Assembly (NCBI GenBank): GCA_020891255.1
Contig: BQFW01000004.1
Span: 2,728,001 to 2,792,000, forward strand
Direction of reading: 5' to 3'
Origin: Entomortierella parvispora E1425
Lineage: Eukaryota > Fungi > Mortierellomycota
Length of the DNA stretch: 64,000 nt
In this document: piece by piece, positions 33,929-47,062 of the stretch
Layout: each line of letters begins with the position of its first letter
Position numbering within the stretch: the stretch's first letter is position 1
Notes under the pieces: generated by a model
Database searches by the model: none
Seen by the model: the letters and a program-made list of their open reading frames with translations, nothing else
What the model was told of the DNA's origin: nothing
Translations under genes and position numbers: made by a program

Positions 33929-33977
33929 GTCATGTGACATAGTCACGTGACTCAGAGAGTTTCGCAACTTGTCGGAC
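33929..33977 (+). promoter_or_regulatory. Upstream elements of tRNA-Val: GTCATGTGAC (33929-38), GTCACGTGAC (33942-51), CTTGTCGGAC (33968-77)
   Basis: Motifs recur at matching distances upstream of the other tRNA genes in the window. Confidence 0.5.
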
Positions 33978-34006
33978 TGAGAACCAGGACCGGTATCAAG
34001 AGCTTG

Positions 34007-34080
34007 GTTTGTATGGTGTAGTTGGTTATCACGTCTGTCTAACACACAGACGGTCCTCGGTTCAAGTCCGAGTACAAACA
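34007..34080 (+). tRNA. tRNA-Val(AAC): tRNA-Val (anticodon AAC), 74 nt
   Basis: Acceptor GTTTGTA/TACAAAC + A, A-box TGGTGTAGTTGG, anticodon arm TCTGT-CTAACAC-ACAGA, B-box GGTTCAAGTCC, downstream T-runs. Confidence 0.97.
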
Positions 34081-34347
34081 CTTTTGCCTTTTTGCCTGTT
34101 TCCCAAGAGCCCAGGCCCCCCAGGTGCAGGGTCCAGGGTCAGTGAAAAAGTCTAGGACAGAGGGGGTACATCATCATCATTTCACGTTTTTCCCTTTTGC
34201 TCATCAGCAGGGCTCGGCTCTATCGAGTGCATCGGCTATTTTCCTCTCATTTTACAACGAGATTGGTTTTATTTACATTTCCCGTTTGGCAGAGCACACC
34301 GGGTCGGGTTTGTTTTTTTTTTTTGTTTTGTTTTCCTGGGTACGAAA

Positions 34348-35222
34348 CTAGTAGTATTTGGTAGCAGCTGCAGCAAGGAACATCTTCAAGCAAGAGTACA
34401 TGCACACGAACCAGGCACTGGATCTTGCACCTGCGGCCAATGGCGTAGTGTTCAAGATGTAAAGAACATTGTACGCACCTCGTGAGATTAGGAAAAGGCC
34501 AGCGTAGTAACTAACAAAGTCCTTCGGGACTCCTGCATGCAGCGCTGCAAGCTAACGGCGAGAAGGAGCACAACGAGAAAAAAAATTGACAGAGAGAGGT
34601 CAGAGAGTTTTTTGCGCAAAGGCGATTGGGCCAACATCATGGTGATGGAACGTGAAAAGGATATATAAAAAAAAAAAAGGACGAGGGGGTGGCATTCGGT
34701 GATTATTTTACCACAGAACCATAAAAGACGGACAGGGTCTCAAGACCGTTATTGTGTGCGTTCTCTGCCCGTCTGACCATGGCCAAGGTCGCCGGGGAAA
34801 GTTTGGTCTCAATTTTGTCCACTTGGCCTCGCGGGTTAACTACAAAAAAAAACGGCCGTAATCTCTTTGTCAGCTATGATTCAACTCCAGATGTGCAGAG
34901 CACCATGCACTCATCATCCATGTAGGACGAGAGCGAAACAAAAAAATGCAATCGAAGCAAAAAAAAAAAACGATAGCCTACTATTGTTCCAACGCCCGGT
35001 GGCCTTCAAGACGATCTAAAAAAAAATAGCGGGCGAAAAGTGAACTTTTAGCGAAAGGATCTTTGCGTTGGACTGGGTCAACCACCCCCTCGGGGTCGGC
35101 GCCCCCCGATCAAGCATGTTAATCTCCTGCCTTACAACGGTCTTGATGAAATGCGGAGCGTACGCAAGGCCGGCCGCAACTGGGAGGGACAGAAGCGGAA
35201 AGTGAGGGTAAGCGGAGGTCAT
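34348..35222 (-). CDS. MAPEG-family membrane protein, 4 exons
   Basis: Spliced MTSAYPHFPLLSLPVAAGLAYAPHFIKTV|IVLKATGRWNN|INPRGQ...VRRAENAHNNGLETLSVFYGSV|LAALHAG...FLISRGAYNVLYI...ARSSAWF...YY*; all introns GT-AG. Confidence 0.85.
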
Positions 35223-36939
35223 GGCTTAATGGTATAAAACTCTCTAGAAGGTGGTGAAGGGGAGCGTGCAGAAGTATGGTTTTCTGGAGCTCTTTTTCGA
35301 GAGAATGAGGCAAAAAAAAAAAAAAAAAAAAAGATCAGCCTCACTGTTTGAGTGGACGCGTTCGACCCTTTGGAACTGGGCCTCCCTCTTCCCCTTTTCC
35401 CAAAATGACAGTGGCGGCATCGCGCGGTGACGGATTCCCGCACATGGCACATGCAGACCACACTTTTGACGAACAAAAGGGATGATCAAGTGTCAACAAA
35501 AACAGCACTCCGAACAAACAAAACAACTGGAGAGACGTGTGGTGCCCGAAATCCATATCTATCGAAACAAGGGACAAAAGAGCCGACATTTGGGGGGGGG
35601 GAGATTGGGGGAGGGGACCCCTCTCTGATTTTTTTTGTTTGCTTGCTCCCATCGCCCTCCCTCCCTCCACTTTGTCTGTCGCCTGCTGCAACGCAGCCAC
35701 AAACAGGAAATTTCGGAATCCAAGGTTTTGCCAGGTTTGCCGTCCCCCTAAGCTTCTGCACCAACAGGAAAAGAGACTCCGCCTGCATGCAGGATAGATA
35801 TCAATACAGACAGCACGATTGGCAGTAGCCCAACAAGGCAAGGCCGTGTGGCCCCTGGCGGTCATCCAATAACCTTGTCAATCCAACACCTATTTCTGTT
35901 TGGACAAGTGGGTGACGCATGGACTACGAGAACGAGACAAACACAAAAGCCGCCATTCAAAGTAAGCCGTCTGGACGAGCCACAGCGAGCCAGAATGCGA
36001 GCCCCAATCTCTGTCCAATGAGAGACGGGCGGTCTGACAATGGAACTCGTTTTTCCAGCCACATTATCTTGCGGCTGAGAAGGAGCGGTGCAGGTGCAGT
36101 GTTCGTTCCATCGGCGATTGAAAACGTAAATAAACCAACAAAAAAATGACATTGTCAAAGAAGGGGCGCGAGAAAGAGAGAGTAGTAAAGGCCCCTGGTC
36201 GTTCTTCTTTGTGGTGGTGCAATTTCCCGCGCTGACACAGAGGACACACGCGCTGGGTCCGTCATGCTTTGTATGCTTGTGTGAGCATGGCAAAAAATGC
36301 TTCGGAAGAAATTCATGCAAAAAAAAAAAAAAAAAGGAAAAAGGGGCATTGTTCCCTTCCCCTTTTGTTTCCCTTCACGCAACATTGGCGGTCCAGCAGG
36401 CGAGGCGAGAGAAGGGGAGCACAGACGACAATAATATGACATTGTCATGGACCCGTGTACGAAGCAGATTGGATGGAGAATGAAAAAGGGCCGATTTAAT
36501 AGCCTTACAATATAAAGCCAGCGAATCGACGCAATCGCAAGGGGGGGGTTCGCTCCTAGCAGAAAAAGGAAATCTAAAAGAGACAGACACAAAACAACAA
36601 AAGAGTCGAGAGCACCATCTGAGCTGAGACTCGAATATTTTTTTTCTTTTTTTTCTTTCTCCTTCTTTTCCGCCCCTTGTGCTCAGCTGCCCCATCTCCG
36701 ACTGGCCATGAGGCAGAAACGGCCGTTGATCGGTTTTCATGCCTTTTTCCATTGAATTGAAATTTGTGGCTCGCTGTATTGAATACGATCGCAAAAGGAA
36801 AGCAAGCTAGCGTGAGGGTTTTCCACATGCATCGGTGTCTTGCATCTATACTAAGTCGATCAAACACGACGTAACGATTGAATTGCGATTGAATAGATGA
36901 GCCGCACGCCGTCTCAACAGTATTCAATCCCAAGCTTCG

Positions 36940-36947
36940 TATAAATA
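36940..36947 (+). promoter_or_regulatory. TATA box (TATAAATA) upstream of the orphan gene at 37204
   Basis: Canonical TATAWAWR followed by a CT/CA-rich leader. Confidence 0.5.
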
Positions 36948-37203
36948 CCCGCGGGTATTTTTTGTTTTCCTCTGAACCCTTGCCGCTCGCTTGTTGTTCA
37001 CCTGTCACTTCCAACTCACACCACCTCCGTTCTCATTCCAAGCCACCCATTTTCAACAAGCCACCCATCCTCCCTCTCACTACTCTGCACGTGACCTATA
37101 CCCTTTCTCTCACTCGCACCCATCCAGCCCACGCGTGAGTTTCGCGTCTTTTTTTTCGCCTTTCCTCACACACACACACACACACACATACACACACACA
37201 ATC

Positions 37204-37914
37204 ATGACGATCATGATGCCTCCTTCACCTGCGACGTCTATCTCCTCCCAAAGCTATCGCGGTCATCATAGCCGGAACTCGAGTGAATCACTCCTGTTCA
37301 CTCCCCCTTTGTCACCCACAGAGGAGCAGTTACTGGCCTTCTTGATCCCTGATATTGAGCCCTCGGAGTTGGCCGCCTACTTGTCTGCGCCCTCGACACC
37401 CTTGATGTCCGATGTCTCTTGTTTGATCGGCAAGAACACCATCAAGCAGGCCCAAGCTCCTTCCTTCTACTCCACCCTCCTCGAGGCCGAGACCGTCTAC
37501 CCCAGCCCTGTCTGCGCTGCCGCTGCTGCAACTGTTGTGGCCTTGGATCGTTTGGACTCTCACGATGTTCAGCCCATGGTCTCGCACGATGTCTTTTCTG
37601 CCCCAGCCCTCCGAAAGAGCAACAAGCGTTGTTCCACGTTTGCCTTTATGGACGCTGACCACGATCAAGAAACAAAAGAAATGGACGAGGCCTCCTCGGA
37701 TGACTTTTCCGCGAGCCCTGTCTATGTCATGTCGAGCCGCAATACCCGCAAGCGTCTGATGTTGGAACAGGCCTTTGTGAGTCCCGAGGACAACGAAGAG
37801 TCTCATCAGAACTGCTACGCACAGCTCTTCCAGGGTGCCACCTCGGAGGACGAGACGACTGACTTGAGTCAAGATCTCTCCGAGACTCTTGCCTTTGACC
37901 TCATTTTGGTCTAA
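37204..37914 (+). CDS. Orphan acidic, S/P-rich protein, 236 aa, intronless
   Basis: Long ORF with C-ending codon bias, acaatcATG context, upstream TATA and (AC)n leader; no family recognised. Confidence 0.65.
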   Translation: MTIMMPPSPATSISSQSYRGHHSRNSSESLLFTPPLSPTEEQLLAFLIPDIEPSELAAYLSAPSTPLMSDVSCLIGKNTIKQAQAPSFYSTLLEAETVYPSPVCAAAAATVVALDRLDSHDVQPMVSHDVFSAPALRKSNKRCSTFAFMDADHDQETKEMDEASSDDFSASPVYVMSSRNTRKRLMLEQAFVSPEDNEESHQNCYAQLFQGATSEDETTDLSQDLSETLAFDLILV

Positions 37915-38779
37915 ACCATTCAAGCTTTGCTTTTTACCCTTTTTTCTTTGCTTCCATTTCCCAGCATTTCATTTGCACAGTTTCCTTTGCTGTCTTTTTC
38001 TTTTCTCCCTTTTCTTTGTTCTGTTTCTGTCCTCCACTGCATCTTGTAAATGATCTGCTGTACACTAGTCCTTTTTTTTTTCTTCACTTGTATTTTACAC
38101 TTGCATTGCTGCGCTGTACCATCCTCGCTTTTTTTTCCTTTGTTATCCTGATACCTTGTAAAACTCCAGCTGTTGTAGCAATAAAACCAACCCACATCCA
38201 GACACAATAATCGATATCCACCATGTATAAATGATGGTTGCTGCATGTATGGTCCGTCGCGTTGTATACGATCTTCATGTCCCTGTCTGGAGACGTCACG
38301 TGGCGAGCACGACCAATTCAAGTTTTTGTCCAAGCTGCAAGCCTTGGTGGCTTTTTGACAACGTTGATGTTCCTGTAGGTGAGAAGCGACCCCAGTGCCT
38401 TGCCCACGGAGAAAAAGACGAGTTTATTGATCAAGATCTAAACATCCACTGACAACAAAGTAAAACAAGAAAGTGGATAAAAGTGGGTTCCTTAAAACCG
38501 TTGTGGATCCACCAGCAGGGCACAAGGGAGCACAGAAGGGGGCAAAAAAGACCTGCTGTCTGTCTAGCAAGCAGAGGGCGGAGAGAGGGAGAAGAGGCCC
38601 ATCGGAGCGGATCGATTGGATGTTTGAAATTTCACTTTCAGCCTCCGTATTCTTCCTGTGGTGCCGTGTGCTGGAACTCTGTTTGTTCATTTCCCTTTCC
38701 TGTTTCGTGGGATCCGAGAAGAAACTGAGGAATGAGGGACGAGAGCCAGCCCGTCCACCAGTCAGAGAGTCACTTAAGG

Positions 38780-38832
38780 CAGCGAGCAAGCAAGCAAGCA
38801 AGCAAGCAGGCAGACAGGCAGACAGGCAGAGA
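38780..38832. repeat. (GCAA)n / GCAGACAG compound microsatellite
   Basis: Read directly upstream of AAT. Confidence 0.85.
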
Positions 38833-39186
38833 GGCAGCACGAGAGAAGCAAACCAGGGCACAAGCAAAGCGAAAAAAAAAAAAGGTTCTCACTTACCCCG
38901 CACCACTGGCCTCTGCCCTGCCCCGCACACGCTCAGAGCAGAGTAAAAACTCCATGTGCACATGTCACACACCGTGGGCCACTTCCTTTAGTGAGTGACT
39001 CCTCGCCCACAGAGCGAATGTCCTCGAGAGATCCACCTGGCGGCGACCCGATTCTTTTTTCTTCTTCTTCTTCTTCTTCCCCCTTTTCTCTCCTCTCTTC
39101 TCTCTCTTCTCTCTTTTAACTCTTCACTCCCCGACTCACTCCTCATCACCCCCGCCCTCGCCTCCCTACCCTCATTCACTTTTGCA

Positions 39187-41196
39187 ATGTTGGCCGCCAC
39201 CTCCAGATCCATGGCTCGCGTCGCCTTGACCCGCGCCGCCATCCGCCCCACCGCCGCCATTGGCCTCCGCTTCAGCTCGGCCTGGGCTAACGTTCCCATG
39301 GGTAAGGACCACGATAGAAGAGGGGGGAAGGGGCTCAAAGTTGTTTGTCGACTCGAGGATGTTGTCAACTCTTTTCGACCAGTCAACCGTGAACGAGAAA
39401 TCAGGACTCAAGACGCTTGAGGAAAAGAAGGCCAAAACGTCCAAGGAGCAATTGTACTCGAGTTTCTTCAAGGGGAACAAACAGACATCCTTCACTCTGT
39501 TCTTTTATATCCTCCCTCCCGGTCTTGATCAAGAACCGGTTGACCAGGCCGTTGAACCTCTTTTTGTTTGCTTTTCTTTGTTGCTCACACGTGAATCTCT
39601 TTTGATCGCTGATCCGTAGGCCCTCCCGATGCCATTCTCGGTGTCACTGAGGCTTTCAAGAGAGACACTGACCCTCGCAAGATGAACCTCGGTGTCGGTG
39701 CCTACCGTGATGATGCTGGAAAGCCCTTTGTCTTGAACTGCGTTCGCAAGGTAATTCCTTTTTTTAATGTTTTTTTTTTACTTTTTTTTACTTTCCGCGA
39801 AGGGTAGCGAATGAAGTTCAAGTCCTGATCTTTTCTCTTTTTCTTTTTCTTCGGCTCATTTTCTATCTGGGAATATTAATAGGCCGAGGCCAAGATCATG
39901 GGTGACCTCTTGGACAAGGAGTACGCCGGTATCACGGGTGTTCCCGAGTTCACCAAGGGAGCTGCTTTGCTCGCTTACGGTGCTGACAGCACCCCATTGA
40001 AGGAGGGCCGCGTAAGTGAACATTTCCTCTCCCACACGGAACTTTGTGATCAGAAAAAGAAAAAGGGCCAAAAAAAAAAAAACAAAAAACAAAAAAAGGA
40101 ATGCGCGACGATGACTGATCCTTATCTTACTCTTTTTTTTTGTTTGAATATTTGTTCCTTCCAGGTCGCCATCACCCAGACCATCTCCGGAACTGGTGCC
40201 TTGCGCGTCGGAGGAGAGTTCCTTGCTCGTTGGTTCCCCACCAGCAAGAAGATCTTTGTCCCCACTCCCACCTGGGGAAACCACATCCCAATCTTCAAGG
40301 ACTCTGGCTTGGAGGTCAACCACTACAAGTACTTTGACAAGAAGACCAACGGTCTCGACTTCGAGGGCATGGTCAACGACATCAAGGTAAGACTGCGGGG
40401 GTTGATCTATGGAATCTGCTTAATTGATATCGATTCTGTGCCTGGAATGAAATCGAGTTGCTCAACAACGTGGTTTTGCTACTTTTTTTGTCAATAGAAC
40501 GCCCCCAAGGGATCCGTCATCTTGATGCACGCTTGCGCTCACAACCCTACCGGTGTTGACCCCAGCCAGGCCCAGTGGGACGAGCTCTCCAAGGTCGTCA
40601 AGGATGCCGGCCACTTTGCCTTCTTCGACATGGCCTACCAGGGATTCGCCTCGGGAAGCACTGACAAGGATGCCTACGCTCTCCGCAAGTTCGTCAAGGA
40701 CGGTCACTTGGTTGCCCTCTCCCAGTCCTTTGCCAAGAACATGGGTCTCTATGGTGAGCGTACCGGATCCTTCAGTTTGGTCACCTCCTCGCCCGAGGAG
40801 AAGGCCCGTGTCGACTCTCAGATCAAGATTGTTGTCCGCCCCATGTACTCTAACCCCCCCGTCAACGGTGCCCGCATTGTTGCTACCGTCCTCAACACCC
40901 CCGAGCTCAACTCTGAGTGGTTGGGAGAGGTCAAGTTGATGGCCGACCGCATCATCACCATGCGTACCCAGCTCAAGGACAACCTCGTCAACAAGTACCA
41001 CTCCAAGCACAACTGGGACCACATCACCAACCAGATCGGTATGTTCTGCTACACCGGTTTGACCGCTGATCAGGTCGAGAAGATGAAGAACGAGCACCAC
41101 GTCTACCTCACCAAGGATGGCCGTATCTCTGTTGCCGGTATCTCCAGCAAGAACGTCGAGTACCTTGCCAAGGCCATCCACGAGGTCACCAAGTAA
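39187..41196 (+). CDS. AAT1: Mitochondrial aspartate aminotransferase, multi-exon
   Basis: Arg-rich presequence, WANVPMG|[65 protein letters not shown] (PLP Lys), GRIS. Confidence 0.97.
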
Positions 41197-41907
41197 AGGA
41201 CTTTTGGCCAATTGTAACAACATCTTTTTTTTCTGAAAAAAAAAAAAAAAAAAAGAATCCTCCTTTCTCTCCCCTCTCTGTCTATATTATTCCCCCTCCT
41301 GCCCTCATGCAAGTTCGTCTTGTTCTTCAATAGAGTCCCATCAAATAATGGAAAAATTACTTGTTCGTCTATGAGTGTGTGGTATATCTGGTGTCTGGTA
41401 TACGGATACGAGCATGTGTATTGTTCTTGACATCCAACTCCAGATTCCTAGATCCAGAGCTGACGTAGCAGTTACCGAAAGAGAAACCTGTTCTCAATGT
41501 AGCGCGCGCAGTCGCCTCGTGCTTTTTTTTTTTTTTTTTTTTTTTTTTTTCCAATGGCAACAAAGCGCAGTCATGCAGTGAACAAATAGTAGAGATCTGT
41601 GGCATTTTCGCGGTAAAGAGACCACCCGACCCCGCGTAAATCACAGGATGCATGGGAGACAGGGAAAAAAAGAGACACCCAAGGTCGTCCATGAGTGGTC
41701 ATTGACTGAGACGCGTAAAAAAAAAAAAAATCGTAGAAACATCGCGCCAAAATTTTTCCATCCATCGTCATCATGTTGAAATCTCAGCCTCTTTCTCTTT
41801 CATCTTTTCTCTCCTCACCTTTTTCCCCACATCTGCTCGGTCTCTCCTCCGTTTGCACTTACCCCACATCTAATCCAAACCCCTTCCCCTCCAAAAAAAA
41901 AGCAACA

Positions 41908-42855
41908 ATGGCAGGCGCATCCCTCTTCCGTCTCTTGAACTTGATCGTTGGTAATTTTTTGAACGTGTTTACATTTTCACATCATGGCACAACGGCATTG
42001 TGAATCTGTGGGAAAGGACTCTGACTTCATTCTCTTACCATTGGTTTGAACTGATAACTAGCCGTCCTCATCATTTTGGGCGGTATCCTTCTCTTTGTCC
42101 ACATCGGTTCTTGGAACTCGGGCATTCTCGGTGTCTTTGTCGTGTAAGTGAACATAATACCCCATACCCCGCATTCGAGGGACAGGTAAGTTTGACCAAA
42201 TTTTTCTTTGCTTTCTAGCCTTTTGGGAATCTTGACCTTCGCGCTCGAGTTTGTCATCCCGGAGTCGATCGTCTACAACATGGGCTTCATGTTCTCCCTC
42301 CTCGGTCGTGGTCTGTGTAAGTGAAGGAAACCAATCATGACCCTTTTTTTTCCCCCTTTTTCTTTTGGCTGTAAAGAGCAATTGGTCCTCTAACAATGCC
42401 CTCTATCTTGCCATTGACCTTGCCGTTGACCTCCCATTGTAAAATATCCAGTCTACCTCAGGTAAGGAATGACAACGAAGAAAAAAAAATTGTCTCCATC
42501 TTTGCTAGAAAAGTTTTTCTGACACCAAATTTTTTTTTTGCCACCAAAAAAAAAAAAAATCTCCAAACCTAGCATGGGTCTCCTCACCCTCTCCTGGAGG
42601 TGGTTCAACATCCTGGTCGGTACCATCATCATGGTCGTCGGTGTCTTCTACATTGCCATGCACTATGTCGGCGCCACTCCCTCGCCCTCCATGTCGGCCG
42701 TCCCCAACAACTCGACCACCAACCTGAACGCCGGCCAGACCAGTTCCTACACCAACCCCTCGGACGGGCCCAGCATGACCCAGACCAACCCCGGGTCGCA
42801 CTACGATGTCCCCGCTGGCTCCTATGATGCTCCCGCTGGTTCCAGCCGTCAATAA
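41908..42855 (+). CDS. TVP15: TVP15 / COPI-associated Golgi membrane protein, 5 exons including a 10-nt micro-exon
   Basis: LFRLLNLIV|AVLIILGG...|LLGILTFALEF...MGFMFSLLGRGL|FYL|SMGLL...ILVGTIIMVVGVFYIAMHY. Confidence 0.82.
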
Positions 42856-43406
42856 GTTGAAAGTGTAGAGAGAAAAAAACCCCGGAAGAGGGAGCCCCTC
42901 TTTCCCTCTCTGGTCGTCTTTTTTCATCATTTTTCTCTTTTCCCTTTCTTCACAATTGAAACATGGGAGGAAAGTGAAAAAAAAGAGATCTCCCAAGGGA
43001 ATGTGGGGGAGATTCTCTTCCTCTTCTCTGTTTGTAAATAACTTCTTTTTTTTTTTATCGCCCATGGCATGTCAAATAGAGAATCCATGTAGCTCTCACT
43101 TAATAACAACTTTCTTGGCATTTATTTTGCAAAAAAAAAATCAAAGGGAGTGAAGAGAAAGAAAGAGAAAAAATATGTATGCATTTGATGAAAGATAAAA
43201 GAGAGGAGAGAGGAGAAGGAGAAGAGGACTAGAACGGCGTTGCAAAAAAGGCGGAAGGGTAATCTCTATGGTTTTTGGTATCGTTTTCTTTCACGTGGTT
43301 CTCAGAGATTCGCGTCCCATGGTCGCTGTCCCCTACCCTACCTGCAAGTCGCTTCAGCCACTTCTCGAAACTGAAAGACGCCTCTGTGGGGTTGGTGGAT
43401 GGGCGA

Positions 43407-46400
43407 TTATACCTTGATCTTGGCCTCGATCTTGGTCACAACCTCCTGTGCAGCGACGGGGATACGGGTACCGGGTCCAAAGACCGATGTGACACCAGCA
43501 TCAAACAAGAACTGGTAGTCCTGTTGAGGGATCACTCCTCCGCAAATGACAAGCTTATCGCCAGCACCCTGCTTCTTGAGCTCAGCAATCAATTGGGGCA
43601 CCAAGGTCTTGTGTCCGGCAGCCTGGGAAGAAACACCGACAACATGCACATCAGCATCGATAGCCTGGCGAGCGACCTCGGCAGGGGTCTGGAAAAGAGG
43701 TCCCACATCGACATCAAAGCCCAAGTCGGCAAAACCAGAGGCAATGACCTTGGCGCCACGATCGTGTCCATCCTGACCCATCTTCGCCACCAAAAGACGA
43801 GGACGTCTTCCTTGATCCTTCAAAAACTTCTCGACCATGGAGATCGTGTCGCTCACGTCGGTACTATCACCATACTCTGACTTGTATGCACCAGAGACCA
43901 CACGGATGGTGGGCGAGTGGCGTCCCCAAACTTGCTCCAAAGCATCCGAAATCTCACCCACAGAGCAACGCTCCTTGGATGCCTCCACAGCCAAACCCAA
44001 CAAGTTGCCCTTTCCAGTACGAGCGCACTCTGTCAAAGCAGCCAAGCACGCGGCGGCCTTTTCGGGGTTGCGGTTCTTTCTCATGGTCTCCAAGCGCTTA
44101 GTTTGACCGATTCTGACGGCAGTGTTGTCGATAGCAAGGACATCAATGGGATCCTCCTTAGCCAAACGGTACTTGTTAACACCGACAATAGTATCTGAGA
44201 AATGGAGAGAAAGATGGTTAGTCACCCATTATGACGAAAAGACACTTTACGGGGTGGGGAAAAGCAGATTAAAAAGCAACCAACCTTGACCGGAATCAAT
44301 ACGGGCCTGCTTCTTGGCAGCAGACTCCTCAATTCTGAGCTTGGGCATTCCAGAGGCGACGGCCTTGGCCATGCCTCCCATAGCCTCGACCTCGTCGACA
44401 ATCTTTTTGGCGGCATCATACATGTCGTTGGTCATCGACTCCATCATGTACGATCCTCCCCAAGGATCAGCAACCTTGGGGATGAAGGCCTCTTCCTGCA
44501 AAATCAACTGAGTGTTACGGGCAATACGGGCACTGAATTCTGTGGGAAGACCAATAGCCTCGTCAAAGGCGTTGGTATGCAAGGACTGCGTTCCTCCAAG
44601 AGTAGCGGCCATAGCCTCGACAGTGGTGCGGATGACGTTGTTGTAGGGATCCTAAACGATTATCAGGCGTCAGAAGATGTTGTCTAGATTCGAACATTTC
44701 AAAATAAGCAGCCAGCGTCTGGCAAATCTTTACCTGCTCAGTCAGAGACCATCCGGAGGTCTGACAATGTGTGCGGAGCAACAAACTCTTCTCGCTCTTG
44801 GGCTCGAACTTTTCCTTGACCATCACGGCCCACAGACGGCGAGCGGCTCTCATCTTGGCAATTTCCATGTAAAAGTTCATTCCAATAGCCCAGAAGAAGG
44901 ACAAACGGGGTGCGAACTGATCCACAGTCATTCCAGACTTCAATCCTGTGCGAATGTACTCCAGTCCATCAGCGATTGTGAAAGCCATCTCCAAGACGTT
45001 ATCGGCTCCTGCTTCTTGCATATGGTATCCAGAGATAGAGATCGAGTTGTACTTGGGCATGAACTCTGAGGTGAAGGAGAAGATATCACCGATAATCTTC
45101 ATTGAAGGCTCTGGGGGGTAGATGAACGTGTTACGCACCATGAACTCTTTCAAGATATCGTTCTGGATAGTACCAGAGAGCTCCGCGAGTTTGGCGCCCT
45201 AACAATAGTCAAAAGCAGAGACGGGTTAGAGCTGCCTCCTTCATCCAGAACTATGCTCATATTCCTTCAATATGATCTTAGTCGGTCCCTACCTGCTCCA
45301 ATCCAGCAACAATGAACATAGCCAAAATGGGCAACACAGCACCGTTCATAGTCATGGAAACAGACATTTTGTTCAATGGGATACCATCAAAAAGAATCTA
45401 TCGCATTTGGAGGCAGTAACTCGGATTAGAAGCAGCTCCCAGCCATTGAAGTCGAAATCTAGAATCAATCTAAGGATGTAATGTCCTTTTTCCTCACCTT
45501 CATATCCTCGACCGAATCAATGGCGACACCAGCCATTCCGACATCACCGACTGCTCTGGGATGATCAGAGTCGTATCTATGAGTATGAAAGAAAAAAAAA
45601 GTTTGGTCGTGAGCTTTCTGCGTCGCACAACAAATTTACCACACGTGAAGGCTCCTGTCTTTCACTCCACGTACCCACGATGGGTTGCCAGATCAAAAGC
45701 AACACTCAAACCCTGCTGACCAGCAGCCAAGTTCTTGCGGTAAAATTTGTTGGACTCTTCCACAGTACTGAATCCGGCATACTACAGTCAGCACAAGAAA
45801 GAAGACAGCGTTTGTGAGTGATCCAGAACTTTCAACTACTAAAATAGAGCCGAGCCGAGAAAACCGAGAAACCCGAGAAGCAATCGAGCATGGGAATACA
45901 ACGGATCGCCAAAGGACAGTTGAGTGCGATTCCTTACCTGACGGACAGTCCAGGGTCTAGCTGTGTACATGGAGGCATAGGGTCCGCGAGTGAAGGGGAA
46001 TGCGCCGGGAATCTCGTCAGGGATGTCCTTGGTGTCGGCCTGGGTGTAGACGGGCTTGATGTTGAGACCTTCGGCGGTCCTCCAGGTAAGTTGCTCCTCG
46101 GGATCCTTGCCCTTGAGTTCCTTTGTGGCCATCTTTGCCCACTTTTCGTGCAAGGGCTGGCGAACACGCTCAGTCGTGTACGCCTAGGGAGAATAGAGGA
46201 CATGCAGTTAGACATCTGAAGCTGTTGATTGCCATTCATCCATGCATCTATCTTGTTGATGAGTAGGAAGTAAAACTCCAGATCCGTGCACGAATGGCAA
46301 ATGCCTCGTCAGACATCACTGGATTCCCGCGGTACTCGGCTCGGGCTGGCTCCCGAGCCAGAGCTATGAAGGATGAGAGACGGGCAGGATGACAAATGTA

Positions 46401-46467
46401 CCTTTGGCAGGGACAGACGCGTTGCCCATCGGGAGGTGGGCCTCTGGATGTGTCTGAGGGAGAGCAT
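43407..46467 (-). CDS. MMUT: Adenosylcobalamin-dependent methylmalonyl-CoA mutase, mitochondrial, multi-exon
   Basis: Presequence [22 protein letters not shown]; [17 protein letters not shown]|[50 protein letters not shown]12-binding [19 protein letters not shown]. Confidence 0.97.
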
Positions 46468-47062
46468 TGGCGGGAAGGGGATGAGGAAGGGGAGAAGGAG
46501 GAAGGGATGCAGAAGAAAGAAAAGAAAACGGATGCAAAACACAAAGACCCGCAACCAAAAAAGAAGCAATCCCAATCCCAATCAAAATGAACCCTGTGTT
46601 TGTGTGTGTCTGCATGCGCTTGATCCCCCCTCCTCGAGCCCATCTCAGATCAGCGTAGGATCTCTCTCGCACACTCTCCCCAGTGCTGCCGCGCCGACCA
46701 TCGCCACGGACACACCCTGTCGTCTTCGCCGCCGTCTCTCGCTGCTTCTCTCCTCTGCACGTCTGCACCCCACGCTCTCTCCCACAGCGGAGAACAACCC
46801 GGGCGCATCAGTCACATGACCGTGGGACAGTTGGAGTCGGTTGGACCCGCCTTCGCATTGGACCATGCATGCACACACACACACACACACTGAAAAGATA
46901 CGGTCATCTCCAACAACTTTGCGGCAAAATAAAATGATGCCAACTGGCCACCAAGCAAAAAAAAAAAAAAAAAAAAGATCGTTACTGTTGTGCGCCTCAA
47001 GTTTCGTCAAGATACCAAGATGTAGCTGGGCATCAAAAAGTGAAGATCACAAATAGCAAAAG

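Noticed and set aside
40462-41223. 253-aa antisense ORF over AAT1
   Set aside because: Shadow ORF produced by strong C-ending codon bias of the sense gene; no independent start context or family motifs.
43275-43880. 201-aa + strand ORF over the MMUT 3' end
   Set aside because: Antisense shadow of a highly conserved coding exon.
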